Shown here: in pieces, positions 1 through 13,499 of the stretch
Numbering within the stretch: the first letter of the stretch is position 1
How the letters are laid out: each line of letters starts with the position of its first letter
DNA from: Felis catus
Lineage: Eukaryota
DNA: 64,000 nucleotides
Reading direction: 5' to 3'
NCBI RefSeq assembly: GCF_018350175.1
Contig: NC_058368.1
Location: forward strand, 212,600,001 to 212,664,000
Translations under genes and position numbers: made by a program
The notes under the pieces: generated by a model
What the model saw: the letters and a program-made list of their open reading frames with translations, nothing else
The model's database searches: none
What the model was told of the DNA's origin: nothing

Positions 1-1650
1 CAGACAAACAAAAACTAAAGTAGTTCATGACCACTAAATCAGCCCTACAAGAAATATTAAGGGGGACTCTTTGAGTGGAGAAAAATAGGCACAAAGACTA
101 CAAAGGACCAGACAGCAGTACCAGGAACACCAAATCCACAGAAAACACACTGGCGTTACATTCATATCTTTCAATAATCACTTTGAATGTAAATGGACTA
201 AATGGACTAAATGGACCAAAAGACTTAGGGTATCAGAATGGACTAGAAAAAAAAAAAGATCCATCTATATACTGCCTAAAAGAGACTCATTTTAGACCTA
301 AGGACACTGGCAGATTGGAAGTCAGGGGATAGAGAAACATTTGTCATGCTAATGGAGGTAAAAAGAAAGCCAGAGTAGCCAAACATATGTCAGACAACTA
401 GATTTTAAAACAAAGACTGTAATAAGAGATGAAGAAGGGCATTATATCATAATTCAGGGGTGTACCCATCAAATAGAGCTAACAATAAATATTTATGCCC
501 CTGATATAGGAGAACCCAAATATATATCAACTAATCACAAACAAAAGAAACTCATTGATAATAATACCACAATAGTAGGAGACTTTACTACCCCACATAC
601 AACAATGGACAGATCATCTAAGCAGAATATCAAAAGGGAAATAATGGCTTTGAATGACATACTGGACTAGATGGACTTAACAGATATATTCAGAATATTT
701 CATCCTTAAGCAACAGAATACATATTTTTCTCCAAGGCACATGGAACATTCTCCAGCTTAGATCAGATACTGGGTCACAAATCAGCCCTCAACAGGTACA
801 AAAAGATCCAGATCATACCATGTATATTTTCAGATCACAGCAGTATGAAACTTGACATCAACCACAAAAAAACATTTGGAAAGCTCTCAAATACATGGAG
901 GTTAAAGAACATCCTACAACAGAGGAAGGGGTCAACCAGGAAATTAAAGAAGAAATTAAAAAATACATGGAAGCAAATGAAAGTGAAAACACAACAGTAT
1001 CTTTGAGATGCAGCAAAGACAGTCCAAACAGAAAGCACATTGCAATTCAGGCCTATCTCAAGAAGCAAGAAAGGTCCCAAATACACAATCTAACCTTACA
1101 CCTAAAGGAGGTAGAAAAGGAGCAGCAAATGAAGCACAAAGACAACAGAAGAAGGGAAATAATAAATGTTAGAGCAGAAATAAAAGATATAGAAAGAAAA
1201 GAAATGTATATATATATATATATATACATGTATACAATGGGATACTACTCAGCGATGAAAAAGAATTAAATATTGCCATGTGCAACAATGTGAATGGAAC
1301 TAGAGTGTATGATGATAACCAAAATAAGTCAGTCAGAGAAAGACAAATATATGATTTCACTCATATGTGGAATTTAAGAAACAAACAAGATGAACATAGG
1401 GGAAGAGAAGGAAAAATTAGATAAAAACAGAGAGGGAAGACAACCAAAAGAGACTCTTAAATAGAGAGTACAAACTGGGGCTGCTGGAGGGGAGGTGGGT
1501 AGGGGGATGGACTAAATGGGTGATGGGCATTGAGGGGGGCACTTGTTGGGATCAGCACTGGGTGTTATATGGAAGTGATGAATCCCTGGGTTCTACTTTT
1601 GAAATCAACACTGCACTGTATGTTAACTAACTTGAATTAAAAAAATTAAT
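1..1650 (+). mobile_element. Carnivore/felid LINE-1, internally deleted: ORF1 end, ORF2 endonuclease region, then a jump to the ORF2 C-terminus, 3'UTR and A-tail
   Basis: Peptides 'YLSIITLNVNGLN...DPSIYCLKETHFRPKDTGRL' and 'VNQEIKEEIKKYMEANESENTT...IAIQAYLKKQERSQIHNLTLHLKEVEKEQQ' are the L1 ORF2 N-terminal region, with stops and frameshifts. After a (TA)n at ~1205-1235 the sequence is the L1 3' end (tacaatgggatactactcagc...ggaactagag...tatgttaactaacttgaattaaaaaaa). Confidence 0.93.
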
Positions 1651-1654
1651 TTAA

Positions 1655-4460
1655 AGTATTAATGAATTAATTAGATGTCTCTTGTAGACAGCATATAGTA
1701 GGATCTTGTTTATTTATTCAGTCTATGCATTTTGATTGGAGTATTTTATCTATTCATATTTAATACTATTATTGATATAGTTGCCTGAACATTGATATAG
1801 ATGTCTAAAGTGATTTTTTTTTTCTTTTTGTCTGATTCTTTTTTCCTGGTCCTTTTTTTTCCTTTATTGCTTTTCTTGCATGAAATCAGTGTTTCTAGTA
1901 TAACATTTTAATTTCTTTCATTATTTTTTACTCTATGCGTTTTTTTCTTTTTTAGTGATTTCTCTAAGGCTTGCCATATATATCTTAACTTATCAGAATC
2001 TACTTCTGATTTATATGCAACTAATTCCAGTGGAGTAGAGAAACATTATTTATATATAGCTCTAGTCCTTTTTCCCCTTTTGCTGCCATTATGGTTGTAC
2101 ATATTACACCTATATATGTTACCAATCCTAAAATGCTTTCTTACAATTATTACTTTAAGTGTGTCCATTACAGAAGCTGAGAAAAGAAAGAAGAGAAAGT
2201 ACATATTTATAGAATCAAAATGTTGACCTTTGTTTACCATTTGTTCCTATGAATTCAAGTTACTATCTGGTTTTATTTCCTTACTTCAATACAACTTTGG
2301 TTCTACCTACATCCTTTTAGCTGTTATTGTCAATAGTTGCATTTCTATATGTTATAGGCTCAACAATATACATATTCATTTATAAAGTTGCTTTTTAAGT
2401 TAGTTAAAAAGTACTTTTTTATAGCTTCATTATTACCTTTACCAGCACTCTTTGTTTATCCATATGAAATCTTGCCATTTGCAACCATGTTGATTGAACT
2501 AGAGGATATTATGCCAAGCAAAATTAGTCAGAGAAAGACAAATATATCACTTCACATATGAGGACTTTAAGATACAAAACAGATGAACATAATGGAAGGG
2601 AAGCAAAATTAATATAAAACAGGGAGGGGAATGAAACATAAGAAAGTCTTAAATATGGAGAACAGAGGGTTACTGGAGGGGTTGTCAAGGGGAAATAGGC
2701 TACATGGGTAGAGGGCATTAAGTAATCTACTCCTGAAATCATTGTTGCACTATATGCTAACTAACTTGGATGTAAATTAAAAAATAAATAAATTAAAAAC
2801 TGCAAAAAAAAAAAAAGAAATCAAATTAATTACTACCTGGGGTCACTTTCCTTCAGCATGAAGAACTTCCTTTAGTATTTTTTGTGAGAGGGGTCTGCTA
2901 CCATCAAATTCTGTCAGTTGTTGTTTATGTGGGAATGTATTTATTTTGCTTTAATTTTTGAAAGATCATTTTGCTGGATGTTAAATTATTGGTTTACTTT
3001 TTTTTTCTTTCTTCTCATTTAATATATCTTCCACTGCCTTCTGGCCTCCATTATTTCTGATAAGAAGTCATCTGTCATTCATATTGAGGTTCCCTTTTGT
3101 GGATTAACTCTTGTGTTCCTTCAAGATTTTCTCTTTGTTTTTACATAATTTGATTTTGATGTGTCTGCATGTGGATCTTTTTCATTTTATCTGACTTAGA
3201 GTTTTTTTAATTTCTTGGATGTTTAATATTTTTTCAATGAATTTGGGGAGTTTTAAACTATAATTTCCTTGACTATTCTGCTCCATTCTCTCTCTCCTCT
3301 CTTTCTGGTACTGTCATTATGCATATGTTGATGTGCTCAATGGTGTCCCATATTTATCAGAAGCTCCATTCATTTTTCTTCATTATTCTTCAGGCTGCAT
3401 AATATCTATTAATCTCACTTCAGGTTCACCAGTTCTTTCACCTCCCAGTTCAAATCTACTTTTCAGTCTCTTTCAAGAATTTCTCATGATAGTTGTACTT
3501 TTGACTTTAGTCTTCCTATTTGGTTCTTTTGTAGAAGCTACACCTTTTATTGAATTCTTTATTTAATAAAACATGGTCACTATAACTCACTATAACTTTA
3601 CCTCTTTGAGGATGATTTCCTTTAGTTCTTCAAAAATAGTTATAGTGATTGTCTTGAAGTCTTTGTTATGTTTAACATCTGGACTCTGTCATAGGTATTT
3701 CTCTTGCCTGCTTTTTCCTATATATGAATCATACTTTCCTGTTTCTTTTAATGTCTCAATTTTTATTGAAGGTGGATATTTTAGGTAATATATTGTAGCA
3801 ATTCAGACATGATTTCCCTCCATCCTCTTTTGGGCTTCTTTATGTTGATGTATTTTTTCATTTACTTGTTTAGGGACTTGGCCAAACTATTTCAGTGAAT
3901 TCTATTTACCCTGCAGTGTGAAACTTCTAATGACACTCCACAGAGGGTGCAGCCTTGGGCATATGCGCAGTCACCCTGAGATGACAATGGCTTTGGAGGG
4001 TTCTCTTTGACTATCTCTTTCCATGATCTTTATTGTTAAGTTGTCTATTTCATATGATATGATATCACACTCAGCTATTTGGCTCCATTAATTTCAGGCA
4101 GATTGCTCTATTTTTTTCCAAGAGAATTTCTAGGCCATAAATTGCTCCATAGTTAGATTAAATTACATTTGGGGAAGGGTAGTTTTTGAGACCAGTGTGA
4201 GGTTTTTTCTGCCCAAAGAAGGTTCTTATCTGTCTCTTTTCCTAGTTCTCTCTGGTAAACTAGCTGGTGTAATGTTTACTTTGTTGCTTTTATAAAACTA
4301 TCAGCCTCCTCTTAACTTCTTACCATAAAAATCCCCATTGTTTTCAAGAGTTCCCTTAGACTTGAATTTCCCCATACTGTTTCCAATAAAGCCAAATATT
4401 TTGGTGATAGCTTTAGAGTTCACTGCCTCTCCCATTAAGAAAAATTTCTGACCCACTACT
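1655..4460 (-). mobile_element. Old L1M-type LINE-1 relic (ORF2 start, ORF1, 5'UTR), antisense
   Basis: T-rich antisense L1 motifs such as 'tgtctcttgtagacagcatatagtaggatcttg', 'tttttgaaagatcattttgctggat' and 'ccactgccttctggcctccattatttctgataagaagtc'. Boundaries are approximate. Confidence 0.75.
2464..2817 (+). mobile_element. 5'-truncated carnivore L1 3' end nested in the older L1
   Basis: 'gaaatcttgccatttgcaacc...gtcagagaaagacaaatat...tcctgaaatcattgttgcactatatgctaactaacttggatgtaaattaaaaaataaataaa' followed by poly(A). Paralogous to 1270-1645. Confidence 0.88.
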
Positions 4461-4483
4461 TCATGTATGCTCTACTGTGACAG

Positions 4484-4891
4484 TGTATTCATTTCCTAGG
4501 GCTGTTATAACAAAGTATCATAAACTGGGCAAACAACAGAAAATTATTGTCTCACAGTTCTGAATATCAGAAGTCTGAAATCAAGTTGTCATTAGGGTTG
4601 TAAAGGTTCTAGGGAAGAATTTGTTCTGGGCCTCTCAGCTAGCTTGTACCTTGGCTTGTGGTAACATAATTCTAATCTTTATACAGTATTCATTCTGTGT
4701 GCCTATGTGTCTGTACCTTCATATGGCATTTTTTTATAAGGACACAAGGTATTTTGTATTGGGGACACCCTAATCTCATCTTAACTTGATTATGTGTACA
4801 AAAACCCTATTTACAAATAAAGTCATATTCACAGATACAAGGGATTAGGACTTCAGTATATCTTTTGGGGGGATGAAAAACCCATAAAGCA
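4484..4891 (-). mobile_element. MaLR solo LTR (MLT1-type)
   Basis: Typical reverse-orientation MLT1 text: 'tgtattcatttcctagggctgttataacaaagtatcataaactggg...aacaacagaaaattattgtctcacagttctg...aaataaagtcatattcacagatac'. Confidence 0.8.
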
Positions 4892-5234
4892 AGAGAATTT
4901 AGGCAATACAGTCTATAGGGATCAGCATCTGAGGGCACAAAGCAACAAGAGAAAGGTAGAGAATGGACCTGGTGGAGGAGGATAATGGTTGATGCAAATA
5001 GAGACTAACCAGCCTGTCTTCTCTAAGAAATTGTTCTTATTCCTATTATAAATTGGCGTTTTGTGTGCTTATTCTTCTGGATGTGAAAAGTTGAGGACAA
5101 TATTGTCTCTTTAATCAAATCTCTACCCTACAGGTTACTGCTAAAGTGGCTAACTAGCTTATCGAAATGACACCTCTGCCTCTTCACTTTACAATTATAA
5201 TAATTAGTTATTGCATGACTACTCACTAAAGAAC

Positions 5235-5450
5235 TAAAATTTATTGAGTACTTACTATGTGCAATGGAATACAAGGCTCACTTATTCAATTCTCTTAATA
5301 ATCCTGTGAAATATCCCCATTTTACAGCTAAGAAACTAAAGCAAAGAGAGAACAACTTCAGTGTCCCCCAGTTAGTAAGTTGTACAGCTGAGATTTGAAC
5401 TATGGTCTTCATGGTGCCAGAGTCTATTCTATTTCCTATAAACATGCTGC
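5235..5450 (-). mobile_element. MIR SINE relic
   Basis: MIR core-like 'ttattgagtacttactatgtgc...ccccattttacagctaagaaactaaagc...gctgagatttgaac'. Confidence 0.7.
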
Positions 5451-8400
5451 CTTTCTGATTATTGATCTCATAGAGCAATGACCAAAGGATGTTCATGATA
5501 ATTCAGTTAATAGGTCTTTGGTTAGAACCTTATAATATTTTATATGTTGATAGCCATTGTGGAGAACATAAAAGAATTTACCAAAAATAACTCATTGCTT
5601 CTGGAGGCGTGTAATCTAATTTTTAAAAATAACTTAAATAATAATGTAACACTATATAATTAAGTCCCAGAATAACATTTTTGAGTTATAAATGCTGCTA
5701 GAAGTCAGAAATCAGTAAGGACTTTATATAGATGTAGATGGCTTCATGGAGATTGAATAAGTTATACAGAGGAACATTTTAGGCAAGAGATCTACCATTA
5801 GTGAGCATATTCAGGCAGGAATGAGTGTAATATATGTAGGGATAGAGAGAAGACAGTCTTGTGTAGAAGAGAGAAGTGGAATGAAAGAAAATAGTGGCCA
5901 TAAGTACTCAGGAAAGACCTCAGACCTCAAACAGCTGATTAATATGTCTGAACTTGGTTTGTTAGGCATTACAGAAATATGGAAGGTATTGTATAATACT
6001 GACTTTAAAAAAAAGTGATTACTTAAAATAAACTTGCCAAGGCCATGTGGAAAGCCAGAATCAAATATAGGGGTTCATTTCTTTGTTTCAGAGATGCTAG
6101 CCAAGGGTTACCAGTATGCATTCCCTAGCTAGGTCAGTGCTATAGACCTTGAGAGCAGCCCTTGCTGCAGGCAGCCTTTATGCTTCTACTTATGAGTTGG
6201 AAATACCCTGTCTTTGGCCACTTCCTGCATCTATGATACTAACCTGTGTAAGCCATAATGAGAGTGGTAGAGTTTACAGATGCACATTTTCAGGGATTTT
6301 ATCACTCTTAAGCAAACAGTTTAAGTGAATTTTGGCATGGACTTGTGAAGAGCCAGGCTCTCTTTTAATGTTTAAAGTATTAATTTTTAGCATTTTGGAG
6401 GAAAAGGTGCTTTGCAATTTGGATTGATTCTGTTTATGACTGCTTTGGTTTTATTCTACGTGTCTGGAATACCTGCTCAGAGATTACCATCTTGAGGGCT
6501 CAAAAGGCCCAAAAGACCTTACCACAACTGGCAGCTCTATCAACATCCAGTTGTGGAAAACATAACAGGATTCTGTCACTATTAGAAGAGCGAGTGCTGT
6601 TTATATCACATGAAAAGGTAGCCCAAAGTTATCACTCATACAACATTGGTAAATTCGTCACCATATGTGGTTTTCCTCAATTGCTGATGAAGTACCCCCT
6701 TTAGTGACAACAGCAAAGGATAAAGTTCAGACTCTTAAACTTGTATTCAACATCCTTTATAATGCTTTTCTTGCTTTCTTTTTACTACTTACCTACAGGA
6801 TTCCCTGCTCTGATCAAACAGCCCCATTGCCCAAACTTTTTACTTTCTCACCATTTAGAGATGGTATTTATTCTATCCTTCTATTTAAATGCTACATAAC
6901 CTTTAAGAGACAGTATAAATTCTGGTCCTCCTTGAGGACAGCGTCATAGAGATTGTGGGCAGTCTACTGTGTATTCCTATGGTGGTGTTCTCAATATAGG
7001 ATCTATTTTACATGTTGATCCAGGTTCCCCTGAAGAATCTGTGTAGTGTGTGACATTTATGACTTTACTACAGTACTTCATCATGAGTGGCTGGTGTGGT
7101 AGGAGGGGAGTGAAGCTAACTAGGTTAGGCTAGCTGACCAAGATTCTCAAACTAAACTTTTTTGATCTTTCCCCTGGCCATAGAAAAATGAGCTTCTCCA
7201 AGTAAACATAACTTTTCCACAAATGCCTAGTCTTTCTAGAAAGCTGCAGGGAGCTAGCAATATGCTCCTGTTTTTCTGCCTGATATTGTAGTTTCTGCCA
7301 GATAGTATAATCTATCCTAACGACTGTGCCAGCATCATGATTACTATTGTAGTACTCTTCTTGGTGATCCAGATTTCTTTCAGCAGGAACGGAAGATGCT
7401 CCCACTCTAACCAAGAATGATAAGCAAGAAGTACATATGCTGACCTAAGGCCAGTAAAAACTAGAAACTTCCATCAGTCATTTAATCTCCATGATGACTT
7501 AAGAGGATATTCAACTTTTATTTCCTCTCTTTTCTCCCCTCACACCCTATTATTTACTCCATACTTTTGGTTATAATGACTCAGAATTGCACTACACATA
7601 GAAAGAAATGGGATGCTGCTGTTTTGATGAATGCTTCTGGGTGAAATAGGTTTGGCGTGTGTCTTGCCATGTGACGTGTCTTGCAACCCGATGTTGTAAC
7701 TGGTTTATAGGAGATGCTGCTGCTGAGATTGAAATCATTACAGTCTTTTTCCTATGGCCTATACAGACAGCGAATCCAGTACCTTAATGAATGAGACACA
7801 AGTATCTAAAAGACCTCAAAAGCCAAATGCCATACAGTCCCATCTTTACCAACTAATAAGCTAAAATGTAGATATAACATTTTTCTTTTTTGATTTAAAA
7901 ATTTTTTTTCTGTCTTGTGACAATATGCTGTTAGGATGGTAGAAACACATGCACATTCAACTCTAAACTCTCAGGGAGGTTTGATACTTAGTTTTGGAAA
8001 AGGCCCATCAAACAATCACCACCAGCTCATCATGTGCTATGAAGCATCAGGCCTGGTAATTGGAAAACACTCGAAGAGGTTAGACTATACATAAATATTT
8101 GTAGCCTGCTGGGGTGTTTTCCCAATTGTAAAAATGTTAGAGAAAATATGAAGAAAATGTGCACCATTTGCTTAGAGAAAGAATGCTTTATATTCTATGC
8201 CAATGTCTCTTTCTTTTACTTTCTTACTTTTTTTTTAGTACTAGGAATTAAAAATATTTGGTGCGGCCTTAGGTAGAATATGATCCAGTGACAAAATATA
8301 ATTGTGAATTTGTTTAGCTTCTAATCTGTTTTAACTATTTTCTTTACCTCTGTGCACAATTGGCTCCTGGGTGAAGAACCTCACTTGTTACCACCCACCT

Positions 8401-9312
8401 TCTTGATTGGTATTGACTAAATCATAATATGGGTCCTCCTGGGGGATCTTCTGTTGAGTAAAGTTATTTCCTTTACTGGATCCTTCCCAGTATGGTGTCT
8501 GTAAAACATTCTGAATTTTTTGGTTGTTATCAAAACAGTCTCCTAAGCCCACGGTCTGGATTCTGATTTGGATTGGAGAGTTGCAGTTTCATAAGGATCA
8601 AATGAATGTGCATTTCTGGAAGGAAGGAACATTTTTTGTGGTCACGGCAAATGCCACTGGACATCACCAGTCTTAGACTTAGGGGCATCTGAGAAGAATG
8701 TGATATTTTTCCATATTTTAGCTTCTTACTTTTTAAAGCTAGGTTCCTTGAGTCAGTGGCATGTTCTTATGCTGGAATGATTTTTTACTTAGTGTGCTTA
8801 TAGATATTCTTGGTCATACTTCAGCCCCCAGTATTTGGGAGTTCCCTGAATTAACTGCGTATACTGACTCTGGCCTATGTAATTGTTGAAAATGAGAAAT
8901 TGGATGCAGATGTATTGCAGTCTGAGCTCAGATTCAGGCACTACTCTCAAAGTTAAGAAAAGGACAAAGGGAGGGTATGCATAAAGACAGTTCACCAAGG
9001 ATCAGGCTGCATCATTTTTTCTGTGTCTGGTTTAATGAATCTCAGGATTTTCTTGAAAGAAATAAATGGAAATTGTGGGGGAAAGCATGGATGATTTGGT
9101 GGTGGAATAAGGAGAAAGGAATAAAAATAAATGAGGATGTAGATTAATTTGGTAGTGGATCAGGAAACTTTGGTGGAAGATACACATTTCTAAGAACCTC
9201 TTTTTATGTTATTTGTTTTGAAACAATTTCAAACTGGGAGAAAAATTACAAAAATAAAAAAACTTCTATATTTCCCTCATCCAAGTTCTCCAAATGTTAA
9301 CATTCTACCACA

Positions 9313-9315
<3 letters not shown>

Positions 9316-9359
<44 letters not shown>
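9316..9359. repeat. (CT)n microsatellite
   Basis: Seen directly, ~22 units. Confidence 0.95.
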
Positions 9360-9362
<3 letters not shown>

Positions 9363-10015
9363 CTCCAGTGTGTATTTTTCAAAAAACAAGAATACTCTCC
9401 TATATAACTAAATGCCAACATCCAAAGAAATCAGTAGTCATACAACACTGTCATCCAACCTACAGACTCTATTTGGATTTTGCCAACTGTATCAATTGTA
9501 TCTCTTGTTCCTTTCTGGTCCAGTGTTTCTATGGTTTTAATGATCTTGACTTTTAAAATAGTAAGGACTTTCATTTTGAAGGGTATTGCTCAACCTGGGT
9601 CCATCTGATGTTTCCTTGGGACCAGTGTCAAGTCCTGCTTTCTTGGCAGAAATATTACAGAACTGATGCTGTGCTCTTCGTAATGTGTGACATTAAGGGT
9701 GTGCACAGTATCTACCCATCCCTCTACAAGTGAGGCTAACCTGATCACCAGACAAGTTATTGTCTGCCAGTTTGCTCCACTGTAAAGTCACTATTTCCCT
9801 TGTTGGTAATACCCCAAGTATTTGGGGTAGGAGGAGGTATTCTAAGTTTATGCTAATATCTTTACTACAGCAAAGCTTCATCTAGAAGCCTTAGTATCCA
9901 TTCAAGAATCTCTTCCGAATAAACCACCACTGTGTTGCCAAATCTATCTTTATTATTTGGCACCCAAAATAAGGTATCCCTTTGTATTAGTCTGGCTTCT
10001 TCAGAGAAACAAAGC

Positions 10016-10348
10016 TTCTGTAAACTGAATATTTGTTTCCCCCCAAAATTCATATCTTGGAACCCTAATCCTCAGTGTGATAGTATTTGGAGTTGGGACC
10101 TTATGGAAGTAATTACAGTTATATTAGGTCATAAGGGTAGGGCCTTCATGATGTTATTATTGCCCTTATAAAAAGAGAAGGGTACATGGGATCTCTCTCT
10201 CTCTTTCTCTCTCTGTACATACCAAGGAAGGTCATGTGAGGACATTACCAGGAAGAATCCTTAAGCATGAACCCAGCCATGCAGGCATCCTTATCTCAGA
10301 TTCCTAACCTCCAGTATTCTGTTATATCAGCCCAAACTGATTAAGACA
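10016..10348 (+). mobile_element. MaLR solo LTR (MLT1A/B or carnivore MaLR-like) nested in the ERV-L 3' LTR
   Basis: 'actgaatatttgtttccccccaaaattcatatcttggaaccctaatcctcagtgtgatagtatttggag...gttatatcagcccaaactgattaagaca', flanked by an imperfect 5-bp TSD aaagc/agagc. Confidence 0.8.
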
Positions 10349-11394
10349 AGAGCAAATATATGTAAAGAGGCTCATGTGGTTATGAAGGCTGAGGAATTGA
10401 CTCATGTGGTTGGTTATGAAGGCTGAGAATCTGCCTGATGATCTGCAGTCAGCAAGTTGGATACCCAGAAGAGCCAATGGTATAAGTTCCAGGCTGATTT
10501 CTAAGTCCTTATAACCAGAAGAGCCAATAGTATAGTTTATAGTGTAAGTCTGAATCCAAAATCAGGAGAAGACCAATGTCCCAGCTCAAAGACAGGCAGA
10601 GAAAGTGAACCTTCTCTATTCTGCCATTTTTATTCTAGTTAGAATAACAAATTGGAAAAAGCCAATCCACATTAGGGAGGGCAATTTGCTTTACTCATTC
10701 TGCTTATTCACATGTTCATCTCATCCAGTAACACCCTCACAGACACACCCAGAATAATGTTTAACCAAATATCTGGGTACACCATGGCCAAGTCAAGTTG
10801 ACATATAAAATTAACCATTGTAAGTTCAACCCTTGTCATCTTGGAACCCATGAACATCTTAAACCATATTGAATCCCCAAATAAAGACAATAAAATTCCA
10901 GCTAACATAGTACACCTGTCCTGCATACAGCCAAAACCACACTAACCCCTTACCCAGAAGAGGAGGTAAAGTCTTTGAGTGATGTTAACTCTTCTCCTTG
11001 GTAACTATTAATTTAAATACAATACTTAACAAAGTATTGCTATGCAAAGTTAACAATACTTAATTGCTATGATATAAACCCAATAAATCTTCTGAGGGCC
11101 TAAGAGAAGGAAGAAAAGAAAGATTTTATATACAAACATATTCATAACAACATAAGGAAAAACTCATGACAAGTCCTCATTTCTATAACTGTTCACGTGG
11201 TTGTGGTTGATATTTACAACTAACTTCTTTCCCTATGCAGTTTGTATTACCTTTGCTATCAACAAGCACCTCAACTGGTTATGGTTCACTACCTGATGGA
11301 GTGACTCAAACCTTCATCCCAGAGAGTCAAGTTTATTAGTAAGTCCTCCCTGGATTGGGTTGTAGTTTTCCAGTGACCTTAATCACAGGTAATG

Positions 11395-11700
11395 GTAATA
11401 CTTAGAAATGCCCTGATGTATCTTGCATTACTGCAGACATACTCTTGCTTATCTCCATTGTGTATTAACAGTCCAATTTTTCTTTGGTAATCAGGATTAG
11501 TCACCCCAGACAGCACAGTAACTGCCTATTCTTTACCTGTTGATTCACAGGCATGCGAAAACCCAAAGGGGCTAGATGATAGTCTTCACTGCCAGTTCAG
11601 TGGAATCATTATTGTGTCCCTTGGTAGAAGCATCTCTCCCTTTGTAACTATGATCTCTAGGCTAGCAAAGGATAATATCATGGGAAGAAGAAGCAAAAAT
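11395..11700 (-). pseudogene. ERV-L dUTPase remnant
   Basis: The reverse strand reads MLLPRDTIMIPLNW...VTVLSGVTNPDYQREIGLLIHNGDKQEYV, matching the ERV-L dUTPase that lies downstream of integrase. Disrupted by stops and frameshifts. Confidence 0.8.
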
Positions 11701-11786
11701 TTTGGTAGTAGGTCACTTGAGATGATAGATGTGCGACTCTAACTTCCAACTCTTGACTCTTGGACCCATGTACTGCGGTGCTGACT

Positions 11787-11790
<4 letters not shown>

Positions 11791-11835
<45 letters not shown>
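11791..11835. repeat. (GT)n microsatellite inside the ERV-L integrase region
   Basis: Seen directly. Confidence 0.95.
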
Positions 11836-11836
<1 letters not shown>

Positions 11837-13499
11837 CCATCCTTCTGGAGAACCTTGCCCCAGCCCTGCAAGTATTGTCTGGTGTTGTAACTGAGTCTTC
11901 AAAAAGCCATTTCACCATTCTATCAAAACAGCTGTTCAGAATAGTGAGAAAGATGGTAAGGACAGTGAATTCCATGAACATGGGCCTATTGCCACACTTA
12001 TTTTGCTTTGAAGTGAGTTCTTTGATAAGAAGCTTGCTATGTGGAATACCATGATGGCAAATATGGCATTCTGTAAGTCCACAGGTGGTAGTTTTGGCAG
12101 AATCATTGCATACAAGGAAGGCAAATCCATATCCAGAGTGAATGTCAATTCACATAAGAACAAAATGCTCCCTTTTCATGATGAAAGTGGTCCAATGTAA
12201 TCAACTGCCACCTAGTAGCTGGCTGATTACTCCAGGGAATAGTGCCATAGGGGAAACTTGGTGTTGGTTGTTGATGCTGCCAGATTGGACACTCAGCTGT
12301 GGCTATGGTGAGGTTGACCTTGGTAAGTGGAAGTCCACGTTGCTAAGTCCGTGCATAACCTCCATCCCTACCACCATGGCCACTTTGTTCTTGAGCCTAC
12401 ATAGAGTGATGACAGGAGTAGCTGGGGAAAGAGGCTGACTGGTAGCCATGGAATGAGTCATCCTATGCACTTCATTGCTAAAAATCCTCCTCAGCTATGG
12501 TCACTCTTAGGTGAGCATTCACATGGGACATAAATATATCTTCATGTTTTTTTTCCCTATTCAGAGGGTCTTTCCACATATATCTTCCCTAAATTTCTTT
12601 GTTACCAATTTTGTAACCATGTTCTTGCCAAGTCCCTGGCCTTCCAGTCAAATCATTGCCTACAGCCCATGAATCAGTATATAATTACATACCTAACCAT
12701 TTCTCTTTCCAAGCAGAGTGAACAACCAAGTGCACTGCTCAAAGTTCTGCCCCCTGGTAAGATTTCATTTCACCACTATCCTTCAGGCAATATCCCAGAA
12801 ATGGACTATAATGCTACAGCTGTTCACTTTCTGATGGTACCTGTATGTCATGCAGAATCATCTGCAAACCAGACCCAAGTCTTCTCTTCTGTTAATTGAA
12901 TGTAAGGATTGAATGAGGTCATAGGTACAGGTTGGGTTAGTGAAGTCAGTGTAGCAGGAATGGGAGCATGAACATTTGAGCCACTTATTCATTTAACTTA
13001 TTTGTGCCTTCAAGGCCTCCTTGAGCCATATCACATATATACTACTTCTATTTGATGATGTAATGCTTCTGTGTATGCTCAAATTTATGTCTTGGTGATT
13101 CAGATAACACCAAGTTCATAACCCAGGTTGCATAGTAATTTGATGGCCCACATGACTAGGCCTTCAGTCTCTACAACTTTCTCAAAAGGATAGTAGTTTT
13201 CTGTGGAGAATGGTAGGACTTTGCTCCAAAATTCTAAGGGCCTATAGTGTATTTCACCTATACGGACCTACCAAAGGCTCCAAACAGTATCTGTATCTGT
13301 CACTGACACCTCAAGCACCATTGGATTTGCAGGATCATGGGCTCAAGTGGCAGAGTAGCTGGCGTTGCAGCCTGACCTGTTATAGAGCTTTCTCTACTAA
13401 TCACAATCAACATCAAAATTAGCAGCTTTTCGGTTCACTCAGTAAATGGGCTGAAGTAATACACTCAAATGAGGAACTGTTGCTTCCAAAATCCAAAGA

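Noticed and set aside
7130..7414. 94-aa minus-strand ORF with an acceptor-like sequence near 7408
   Set aside because: No recognisable homology, a non-ATG start and no clear donor. Covered only as part of the low-confidence unique island.
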